From: Candidatus Tayloriibacteriota bacterium
GTDB taxonomy: Bacteria; Patescibacteriota; Minisyncoccia; Phycocordibacterales; CAIRYW01
NCBI GenBank assembly: GCA_029288615.1
Contig: JARIGV010000003.1
Span: 1,068 to 65,067, forward strand
Length of the DNA: 64,000 bases
Direction: 5' to 3'
Both the position numbers and the translations under genes were made by a program. Shown here piece after piece: positions 48,757-57,200 of the stretch (position 1 is the stretch's first letter; each line of letters begins with the position of its first letter). The notes beneath the pieces are model-generated. The model searched no databases. It saw only the letters and a program-made list of their open reading frames with translations, and had not been told where the DNA came from.

Positions 48757-49227
48757 ATGGAAGAGATTATGCCATTACAAAAAAATACAAAGGATATGAG
48801 AAGAGTTGTGCGATTTATCCTTGTTGGTGTGCTCAACACTGCTATCGATTTTGCCGTACTTAATATTCTTATCTCGGCATTCGGTCTCGGCGGAAATAAC
48901 CATTTCCTTTATATTGTTTTCCGCTCGATCTCCTTCTCAGTCGCTGTGGTTAATAGTTTCTTCTGGAATAAAAGATGGGTATTTAAAAGAAATCGTCGTG
49001 TTCTTCATCAGTACGGTGAGCACACACAGTTTGAGCTTGGAAGTTTCCTTGGTGTAAGTGTTGTAGGCCTTGTGATTAATTCCCTCCTCGCACTTTTCTT
49101 TTTCTCAGTTATGTCACCTGTGCTCCCAACATTCTACGCTGCAAATATCGGCGCGCTCATTGGTACATGTGGTGCCCTCGCTTGGAATTTCATTGGTTAT
49201 AAGAAATTCGTATTCAAAGTAGCCTAA
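48757..49227 (+). CDS. GtrA family flippase-like protein
   Basis: RFILVGVLNTAIDF, NSFFWNKRWVF, WNF.GYK.FVF; ATG 48757. Confidence 0.9.
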   Translation: MEEIMPLQKNTKDMRRVVRFILVGVLNTAIDFAVLNILISAFGLGGNNHFLYIVFRSISFSVAVVNSFFWNKRWVFKRNRRVLHQYGEHTQFELGSFLGVSVVGLVINSLLALFFFSVMSPVLPTFYAANIGALIGTCGALAWNFIGYKKFVFKVA

Positions 49228-49241
49228 ATAAATTAAATAAA

Positions 49242-49958
49242 ATGCTTGTATCAATTATTATCCCCGCATATAACGAAGAAAAAAGAATAGGAAAAACCCT
49301 TTCTGCGATTTATTCGTATCTTGCAAAACAAAAATATCAAAGTGAGATCATCGTTGTTGATAACGGCTCAGAAGATAGAACAGCAGAAATCGTCGAGATT
49401 TATAAAAGCAATATTCCAAACCTCAGTCTTATTAAAGAAGCAAGTTATGGAAAAGGCTGGGCAGTAAAACAAGGAATGCTTGCTGCTAAGGGAGATTTTC
49501 GTCTCTTTACTGATGCTGATAATTCCACTGATATTAGCGAACTTGCAAAACTCCTTCGCTTTGCGCAAAACGGTTACGATGTTGTCGTAAGTTCACGTCT
49601 TGCGAAAGGCGCAATTGTCATCCACCCTCAACCAGGTTGGAGAAAGACTCTTGGAAAAGTGTTCGCATGGATTGTGCATCTTCTTGTACCAGTAAAAGTA
49701 AAGGACACCCAAAACGGCTTCAAAATTTTCTCACGTGAAGCTGCGGAAAAAATATTTTCTCATCAGACAATTTTCTATTGGGCATTCGATGTAGAGATTA
49801 TTGCGCTCGCTGAGAAATTTAAATTTAAAGTAAAAGAAGTACCAATCCGTTGGGTCAACGATGACAGAAGCCATATGAGCATGACTGGTATGGTCCGTAT
49901 GCTCTTTGAAGTAACACTTGTGCGACTTCATCTAATGACGAGAGACTACGCATCCTAA
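49242..49958 (+). CDS. Polyprenyl-phosphate glycosyltransferase (DPM/DPG-synthase-like GT2)
   Basis: IPAYNEE.R, GKG.AVK.G, DAD.ST, DTQNGFK, FDVE. Confidence 0.9.
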   Translation: MLVSIIIPAYNEEKRIGKTLSAIYSYLAKQKYQSEIIVVDNGSEDRTAEIVEIYKSNIPNLSLIKEASYGKGWAVKQGMLAAKGDFRLFTDADNSTDISELAKLLRFAQNGYDVVVSSRLAKGAIVIHPQPGWRKTLGKVFAWIVHLLVPVKVKDTQNGFKIFSREAAEKIFSHQTIFYWAFDVEIIALAEKFKFKVKEVPIRWVNDDRSHMSMTGMVRMLFEVTLVRLHLMTRDYAS

Positions 49959-50095
49959 TTGACGCCGTGGAGCTTCTCTTATACGCTTAATGTGATCATA
50001 CAACCACCTCTCCCACGAAAGCCTCGTGAAAAATCGAGAGGAAGATCAGAATATAAAGCGAACAGGCGGTCGCTTATCAGACAAATACATATAGT

Positions 50096-50332
50096 ATGGA
50101 AGACAAGAAAAGCTTCACGAAAGAAGTCGTTGATGGTATCAAAGAAAGCATTCTTCGAAACATCAAAGACGAAGACGATCGTGAAATAAAGGAAGAAACT
50201 CTTCGCAACTGGCGAAGCTGGGGCTCATGGTTCTCATGGGGTTCTCCAGTAGGTTTAGGCCTCTTTCTCATCTCGATCGGTATCTTTCTCGTCCTGTTGC
50301 ATCTCGCAGGTGGAACAGTTCCGACTCATTAA
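50096..50332 (+). CDS. Small membrane protein
   Basis: 78 aa, WFSWGSPVGLG plus TM; TTGACG-N17-TACGCT upstream. Confidence 0.6.
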   Translation: MEDKKSFTKEVVDGIKESILRNIKDEDDREIKEETLRNWRSWGSWFSWGSPVGLGLFLISIGIFLVLLHLAGGTVPTH

Positions 50333-50369
50333 AAAAATCCCTGCCGACTTTATCGGCAGGGATTTTTTT
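50331..50369 (+). terminator. Intrinsic terminator
   Basis: AAAAAAATCCCTGCCGA-CTTTA-TCGGCAGGGATTTTTTT. Confidence 0.88.
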
Positions 50370-50396
50370 GACCTAAAAATTCTTTTCCTGCATAAT
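50368..50396 (+). promoter_or_regulatory. Sigma70 promoter for the NDK-like gene
   Basis: TTGACC-N17-CATAAT; -35 overlaps the terminator T-tract. Confidence 0.6.
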
Positions 50397-50418
50397 TTTC
50401 ACCAGCGAAAGGAGTACT

Positions 50419-50826
50419 TTGGAAAGAACTTGTTACTTCATAAAACCTGGTGCTGAAGAGCACGAGGAGCGAATTCTTCGAATCATAGAAGAAGCCGGGC
50501 TTCGAGTGTTGGAATGGAAAGATGTACACTTCACACAGCCGCTCGTCAATCGAATGTATGGCCATTTGTCGCCTGAAACTCTTCAAAAAACTGTGAGTTA
50601 TTTGTGGGGCTCAAACTGCAAAGCATATCTAGTCGAGGGTGAAGACGCTATCGCAAAACTTGTAGTCATTGCTGGGAAAAATTTTTCCGCAAACGAATGC
50701 GATGTGAAAAGCATTCGACACATGTTTGGCAATCGCCTTCCAGGAAGTGAGTACCGTAATGCAATTCATCGCCCGACAACTCCCGAAGAAGCAAGAAGAG
50801 ATTTAGAAATCTTAGGTTTTCACTGA
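50419..50826 (+). CDS. Nucleoside-diphosphate-kinase-like protein, divergent
   Basis: ERT..FIKP, GEDAI, SIR..FG, RNAIH; TTG start with AAGGAG RBS. Confidence 0.75.
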   Translation: MERTCYFIKPGAEEHEERILRIIEEAGLRVLEWKDVHFTQPLVNRMYGHLSPETLQKTVSYLWGSNCKAYLVEGEDAIAKLVVIAGKNFSANECDVKSIRHMFGNRLPGSEYRNAIHRPTTPEEARRDLEILGFH

Positions 50827-50856
50827 CCGCCCAACATAGCGGTCAATTTTTTTATA
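50824..50856 (+). terminator. Short hairpin with AT tail (recurrent type)
   Basis: TGACCGC-CCAACATA-GCGGTCA-ATTTTTTTATA; the TGA stop is the start of the stem. Confidence 0.75.
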
Positions 50857-50857
50857 T

Positions 50858-50901
50858 AAAAAAGCCGCGCTCGCAGTGTTTTATAGCGAGGCGCGGCTTT
50901 T
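50858..50901 (-). terminator. Terminator of the DUF5666-type gene
   Basis: AAAAGCCGCGC...GCGCGGCTTTT stem. Confidence 0.75.
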
Positions 50902-50917
50902 ATTTTAATTTTTTACT

Positions 50918-51754
50918 TTACCAGAACTTTAGTCGAGCAAAGAAATCCATGATCTTGCCAAAGAATCCTGCGTGAACACCATTTCCTGGTGGTGTTGATG
51001 TAGGACCATGCATATCTGGCTCACCATTTCGTCCGATTGGAAGTCCATCAATAATTTTTGTTGCTGTCACCGTAGTGCTTGATACGGTACCGACGATTGC
51101 AACATTATCTCCTACCGTAATCGATGAGATTGCTATTGTGCTTGTCGCATTGTTTGCCCATTTTACCGCTGTTGCATTTGTTGCATCAACTGTAAATGAA
51201 GTGTTATTTCGTGAAGCAACTGTAAGAGTGTTTCCATTGACTGCAGAAACTGATCCAACAACGACAGGTCGCTCTGCTCCAAGAATTCCCATCACTCCGC
51301 CGCGATCATTTCCCATTCCTACGCCGTCGATAATTTTTGTAGCAACCACTTTTCCATTTGAGAGTGATCCAAGAACGATCAGTCGATCACCGACAGCAAC
51401 GTTTGCGATTGTCGCAGATGTTGTTGATGCTCCTGCACCAGTTTTCATAAATGTAGCTTTTGATGCATCGACAGAAATAGTCGTGCTTCCCTGTCCTGTA
51501 AGCGTGATTGTTGTTCCGCTAATTGCTTTTACAACACCCATCACTGCAGGATTCCCATTTCGTCCATCATCTCTTCCCATACCTTGTCCCTGTGGTGGAC
51601 GTCCCGGCTGCCCAGCAGGCTGACCCATAGGAGGTCGTCCTACATTCACATTAGCATTAGCTCTTACACCAACATTTACGTCCTGTGCGCTCGCACCACC
51701 TGCTACCGCAAGTGTAAGTGCGAGTGCCGAACCAATAATAATTCCCTTTTTCAT
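50918..51754 (-). CDS. Secreted protein with two DUF5666-like repeats
   Basis: Signal peptide; two G.V.A..G.T.T...VDA..A...I.VGD...V.G....V.ATKIIDG units. Confidence 0.8.
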   Translation of the reverse strand: MKKGIIIGSALALTLAVAGGASAQDVNVGVRANANVNVGRPPMGQPAGQPGRPPQGQGMGRDDGRNGNPAVMGVVKAISGTTITLTGQGSTTISVDASKATFMKTGAGASTTSATIANVAVGDRLIVLGSLSNGKVVATKIIDGVGMGNDRGGVMGILGAERPVVVGSVSAVNGNTLTVASRNNTSFTVDATNATAVKWANNATSTIAISSITVGDNVAIVGTVSSTTVTATKIIDGLPIGRNGEPDMHGPTSTPPGNGVHAGFFGKIMDFFARLKFW

Positions 51755-51841
51755 ACTTAATATTTATAGATTAAACTTTTCCTCATAAAGAAGCTCGAGA
51801 ATGCTTCTTCGCGTATCTCTATTATACGCTACCTTTAAGAA

Positions 51842-51867
51842 GACGGGTGCAGAGCACCACTCTTACA
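51842..51867 (-). promoter_or_regulatory. ECF-type promoter P5
   Basis: TGTAAG-N16-CGTCTT. Confidence 0.6.
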
Positions 51868-51884
51868 GATGAGCTTAAAGTGCT

Positions 51885-52640
51885 TTATAAATGCGCAAAG
51901 TCATACCCTTCTGTGGATAAAATAGGGATGAGCTTTGTTAAAGCCTCTTCAGTTTTTGGAGCATTTGGTCCCCCAAGATGCATGATCACGATATTATCTC
52001 CCGGCTTTATTTTTCCAAGTACCATAGCAACAATTTTCTTTGCATCCATCTGATGTGGATCCTCTGAAATAATCCCATCATCACTTTCTTTGTAGCCAAG
52101 TTTTTTTATAAGCTCGCTGTCGCTTTTATTTCTGCAAAGCCCCGGCAGTCGTACATACGTCGGAGCATTTCCTGTAAGATCAGTAATTATTTCTGTCGCC
52201 TTTTTTATTTCTTCTGTCTTTGCTTTCTCCTGCGTAACGACTGAAAGACCATAGCACCCAACTGTAAATGCCGCATGATCATATGTGTGATTTTGTATTG
52301 AAAAAAGCCCACTCATTGCGGCCGCACGAATCACTCCTGGATACATTTCTGCAAACATTCCTGTCGTGAAAATTGTTGCTGGCACTTCCCTTTCTTCAAG
52401 ATATGAAATAATTCCCGGGCTATACCAAAGCCCAACCTTTCCTTTTTCCGCCTCATCTTTCATGTGAGGAGTCATGTCCGCATCAAAAGTAAGATAGACT
52501 GTACCGATCTTTTGCTTCAAGGGTGATGGAATATTTTGCGCCACAACAGCAGAGGCTTCACAAAAAAACGAAAGAAAAATAAAAACAATAAAGAAATTAA
52601 AATATTTTTTACAGCACCGATCTATTTCTTTCATCCCCAT
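51885..52640 (-). CDS. Polysaccharide deacetylase (CE4) family protein
   Basis: LTFDAD, NHTYDH, RLPG, IMH; start uncertain. Confidence 0.85.
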   Translation of the reverse strand: MGMKEIDRCCKKYFNFFIVFIFLSFFCEASAVVAQNIPSPLKQKIGTVYLTFDADMTPHMKDEAEKGKVGLWYSPGIISYLEEREVPATIFTTGMFAEMYPGVIRAAAMSGLFSIQNHTYDHAAFTVGCYGLSVVTQEKAKTEEIKKATEIITDLTGNAPTYVRLPGLCRNKSDSELIKKLGYKESDDGIISEDPHQMDAKKIVAMVLGKIKPGDNIVIMHLGGPNAPKTEEALTKLIPILSTEGYDFAHL

Positions 52641-53167
52641 ATAAACACAGCAAGCGCAAGTGCTGTAACAAGAATCTCTGCAATTCCAGAAATACTTTTA
52701 AAATGATTTTTAATAACTCCACTCCAGCGCGATATTCGTGGCACATCTTTCTTCGCCCATTCAAATGGAAAAGTAAAAAATTTATCCGACAAAGGCCAGA
52801 ACCATTTGGCCCCAAAGACAAATGAATCACAAAGTAGATGGCTCCACGGTGAGAGCCATACCAAAAGTCCCAAAGCTTTTACAAAATCACTTGCAAAAAT
52901 ATCTCCGCAGAAAAAGACAACGCAGCCAAAAAGAAACCAAAAGATCGCGGTGTGTGTAATATAGCCGCGGTGCCCATCGGTGACTGCAGGAGTCAAAGTT
53001 TTCTTTTTGAGGAAACTTAAGAAAATATCAAAATCTGGACCATCACCTAAAAGGGTACCGATCGTATAGATTGCAATATTTTCATTTCCAGAAAATTGAA
53101 AACCAGCAACATGAAGCACAGCATATGTTGTCAGATATCCAGCAGCTAAATGTCCCGGTAAGATCAT
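52631..53167 (-). CDS. YdjM-like membrane metal-dependent hydrolase
   Basis: GH, PDFD, HR.YITH, SHLLCD. Confidence 0.8.
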   Translation of the reverse strand: MILPGHLAAGYLTTYAVLHVAGFQFSGNENIAIYTIGTLLGDGPDFDIFLSFLKKKTLTPAVTDGHRGYITHTAIFWFLFGCVVFFCGDIFASDFVKALGLLVWLSPWSHLLCDSFVFGAKWFWPLSDKFFTFPFEWAKKDVPRISRWSGVIKNHFKSISGIAEILVTALALAVFIWG

Positions 53168-54261
53168 TCTCTTATTCTACGGCGCAAAAGCACATACAAC
53201 AAGGTAACGATCGCAGCGCATACTAGAAAGATTTTTGTATTTATATTATTACTTTGACTCTGTGTTTCAGGCATTACCTCGGCAGAAGCTTTGCCAATTT
53301 TCATGATCGCAAATCGTGTTAAGTGAGATACTGAAAATGTCACAGTATTTCCATCTATTTTAATGTTCGGTACTTCACTCCATGTATTTTTTGTCGTATC
53401 AAACCAAAATACACCGATCTTCTCGCCAACAAGAGACTCCGGCACAGTCAGTGTAATCGTAAGCGGTTTGCTAAATGTATGAATCTCCTTTCCTGATGGA
53501 TCTTTTGCAACAATATCAAAGAAAACTTTTCCAAGGGTTTCTATGATCACATCGAAAGTGGCATTTACAATGTGTGTTGTGACTGTAATTTTTTGAGGAT
53601 AAGCGCCGGCAGGTACATACACTTTCGCGTGTGAAAGTCCTGACAAATTAGACGAATCATTTGGAAAAACTTTCTTTGGATCATTCTTGTTAGTCACTAT
53701 GTGATTGACGACAGGATAAATAGATGGAAAAAAATTGCTATCACTATGTATGACGCCAGCACTTCCAATTCGTGCCGCTATTGAAGAGGTTCCACTATTT
53801 TGTGTATTTGAAACAGCGTTGCGCACATCACAGAGATTACAATCAAAATTTACTCTACCCACAGCATCTCCTTCATTTCCTGCTATACCACTCCATTTTC
53901 CATCTGTTCCAATTGTCACTCCACTCATAGAAAGCCAACCGAGATTTGGAACCCATGCAGAACCACTGAGATGTCCATTCGCATCAATAGAAACTCCCTG
54001 CCCAGAATTCGTCGGACTGAAATTGATCCAACCATACTCTTTGCTCCACGCATATCCTGTTACAGAAGCGTCTGTTACAACAACGCCTTGATACTCACCA
54101 TTATTTTCCGGGGCAAAATTGATCCATCCCATATTTTCTCCCCATGCATATGAATGCGAAGCATCAACAGTTTGTGATGAAGCAAAGACAGAAGTGGAAC
54201 AAAGAAAAAAAAGTGAGACAAGAATGATGAGTGCGTTATTTTTTCTCACATTTCGAGCCAT
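53164..54261 (-). CDS. Surface protein: AW..xGW repeats, beta-sandwich with HLT motif, C-terminal TM
   Basis: AWGENMGWINF / AWSKEYGWINF / AWVPNLGWLSM; VSHLTRFAIM; TM followed by RRRIRE. Confidence 0.8.
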   Translation of the reverse strand: MARNVRKNNALIILVSLFFLCSTSVFASSQTVDASHSYAWGENMGWINFAPENNGEYQGVVVTDASVTGYAWSKEYGWINFSPTNSGQGVSIDANGHLSGSAWVPNLGWLSMSGVTIGTDGKWSGIAGNEGDAVGRVNFDCNLCDVRNAVSNTQNSGTSSIAARIGSAGVIHSDSNFFPSIYPVVNHIVTNKNDPKKVFPNDSSNLSGLSHAKVYVPAGAYPQKITVTTHIVNATFDVIIETLGKVFFDIVAKDPSGKEIHTFSKPLTITLTVPESLVGEKIGVFWFDTTKNTWSEVPNIKIDGNTVTFSVSHLTRFAIMKIGKASAEVMPETQSQSNNINTKIFLVCAAIVTLLYVLLRRRIRE

Positions 54262-54263
54262 AA

Positions 54264-57200
54264 CTATTCTGTAGTCGCTTGATTATCTGGAGTATTTGAA
54301 ACTTGCTCACTCTGTGAATCATCTTGTACTGGGGTTTGAGAAGAATCAGGTGTTGATGTTGCTACAACCTCGGGAGTTGAGGTACTCAAAGTATCTGGCG
54401 AAACACTCATGATATCTGGAGTCGACGTTGATTCCTCAGTAGATGATGTCGCATCTTTAAAAGAAGAAGGTGCTATGTTTTGTTTCGAAAGAAGCTCCTG
54501 AAGTTCTTTTTCAGTGACACATGTGTCACCCACACACAATTTACTTGTATCCACTTCATGAGCAAAAATTTTGTCGAAAATTCCCTCCGCCAATGTATTC
54601 ACCTTCGCATAAAGCTCTTTCACCGCTTCAATGATTACAGCGGTAAGATGTGTGTAATCAAGAGTGTAGTAACCATTTGGTGCCAAATGTACCAAATCTG
54701 GGAATTGCTTTGCCACATCTTGTGCAATAAGACCATAATTTTTAGTTTGTCCGTTCATCATCGGATACATAGAAAGATACGTGCTATTCCAATTGAATGT
54801 CACTGCATCAAGCGCTGTGAGTTTATCGAGAGTCGATGTCGTATCTGATGCGACTGCAAGATTTGTAATATTTGTTTTAAGTCTCATATCTGAGAAAGAG
54901 CTCATACATCCATTTGAAAACTGTGAACAAATATCACCTGATGCAAAAATATCTCCGCCGACATCAAGCTTGTGAGTTGGCGACAAAACGCCAACTCCAA
55001 GATTTCCCGATGTTGTAAGGACCAATTGCGAACCAGTCGCATCATCTGCCCCTCCCCACATACCACTGACCGACAGCGCACTACTTGCTTTTGTAATGAA
55101 AACATTTCCAGAAGGACCATTGTTATCATTCACCAAAGGAAAATAACGAGTCGGAATGTCTTCGCCACTATCCATATGAACACTTAGATTGCCAAGATTG
55201 TGGTTAATAATAATGGCATTATTGAAATTACTTGCGGTACCAATAATAGTGACGGGATCAATTTCAACAGCGTAATGACCACTCGCCACACTATTATCAC
55301 TATCAAATTCAAACACTGTTGATCGACTACCATCACTTACTGTCACTGTGTCGCCGTCAGCGGGCTGAGTATTAATTTTTATTGATCCTCGTGCGGGTGC
55401 AGCCACACTTGTTACAGAATTCGGCATACCAGCATTGAAAGTAAGATTGCCATTAGAATTTCCAATTGCTCCATTTACATCGAGAGCATACGCAGGTGTT
55501 GCAGTACCAATACCAATATTTTCTCCTCCGGTGTATGTCACATATGTTCCATCATCTGTAAAAGGCGAAGTGCTTGCTGCTTTGCCATCAGAAAAGAGCG
55601 AGCCGTTATGATAAATATTTCCCGTGAAATTAATGTCTCCGCTCACATCAAGATTAAATCCAGGCGCAACATTATTCACACCAACAAATCCATTCGATAC
55701 CGTAAGCGGATGTACGACACCATCACTTGGCAGTGCCATGTGATCTGCAGGAATTATTTGGAGTGATTGGTTATTGCTCTCCCATGAAAGATGCAAACAC
55801 TCTCCCGTCGCATCAGAACCTACATAATGCTCGATCTTTATTGCAGTCCATTTATTTTTTACAAGATTTACCGTCGCGGTGTGTGCTGTACATGTCGCCT
55901 GGTCATTCCAGTCGTCGATCACCAAATTTCCATCAATCCACAAACGCACTCCATCGTCGGCGCTCAAATGAATCGTATACGTTTCGCTATAGTCTGCTTT
56001 GATAAATCCAGAGATATTTCCAGCGTAATTATTTTCTACACCTTGTGGAGCATAATCATCGACGTCGACTGGACCAAATTGCGTTGAAAGGATCATGCCG
56101 CCGATTTCAGGATTTGATCCTCCATACCAAAATGAATAGAGTCCGCCGACGTTACCGACAAATGATGTATTTGTTACTCCAAAAGTTCCATACACATCGA
56201 GTTTATGTAGTGGTGTTGTTGTACCGATACCGACATTTCCATTTCCTTTAAATGTCACATTTGGTGTGAAAGTACTTGAATCTCCGCCATAGCCAAATTG
56301 CATATCAGAACTCGAAGTGTCTGTGTACATCTGGAGCAAATAATTTTGGATTCCAAAACCATATGCTGCACCTGGAGCACCATCATACAAAGCAATCTTG
56401 TTACCGAGTGCGCTACCAAGAGAAAGTTTTGCGTTGGGGCTATTCGTACCAATACCAACATTCTCATTGCCGTTGTAATACACATTACTGTTATCATCCG
56501 TAAATGGTGATGATCCGCCGCCAGTAAAAGCCACACCATTTTGATAAAGGTTTCCTGAAAAATTCACATCACCATCAACATTGAGAGCATATGAACCCGC
56601 ATTCGTGCCAATACCAACTCCAGTACCAAAAAATCCCGTTCCATGCACCTGCAAATCCTCGCCATTTCCTGTACCCGTATTGTTGTCACCACCCCAAGCA
56701 TTTCCAACAAGAACATTTCCGTTTGTTGTCACCATAAATGGGAAACTTTCATCTCCACCGCCACCTGTGTGTCCTGGTGTATCGTACACAACAGACATCA
56801 CAGGTTTACCGTCTCGCGCATCAAACCGAAGAATGGAACCACCGAGACTTGTATCGCGATCTCCAAACTGTGCGAAGTTGAGTCCAAGATTGAGAGTCTG
56901 TCTATTTGATTCATCGTTCAAACCATCTCCGATAAATCCTCCGCGCAAATTTCCAATCGTACTTGGAGTTATATAAAAAGCATTTGCTTGTGTTATTCCG
57001 TTTACATCAAGTGACTCTGTCGGATTATTCGTGCCAATACCGACATAGTTACCTCCGTTGTAATAAACTTCTGTACCATCATCGATGAACGGCGAAGAAC
57101 TCGCGCCGAGTCCTGCATACAGCTCACCATTTTTATAAAGATTTCCTGTGAAATTAATGTCGCCGTTGACATCAAGATTGAAAAAAGGATGATCAGTACC

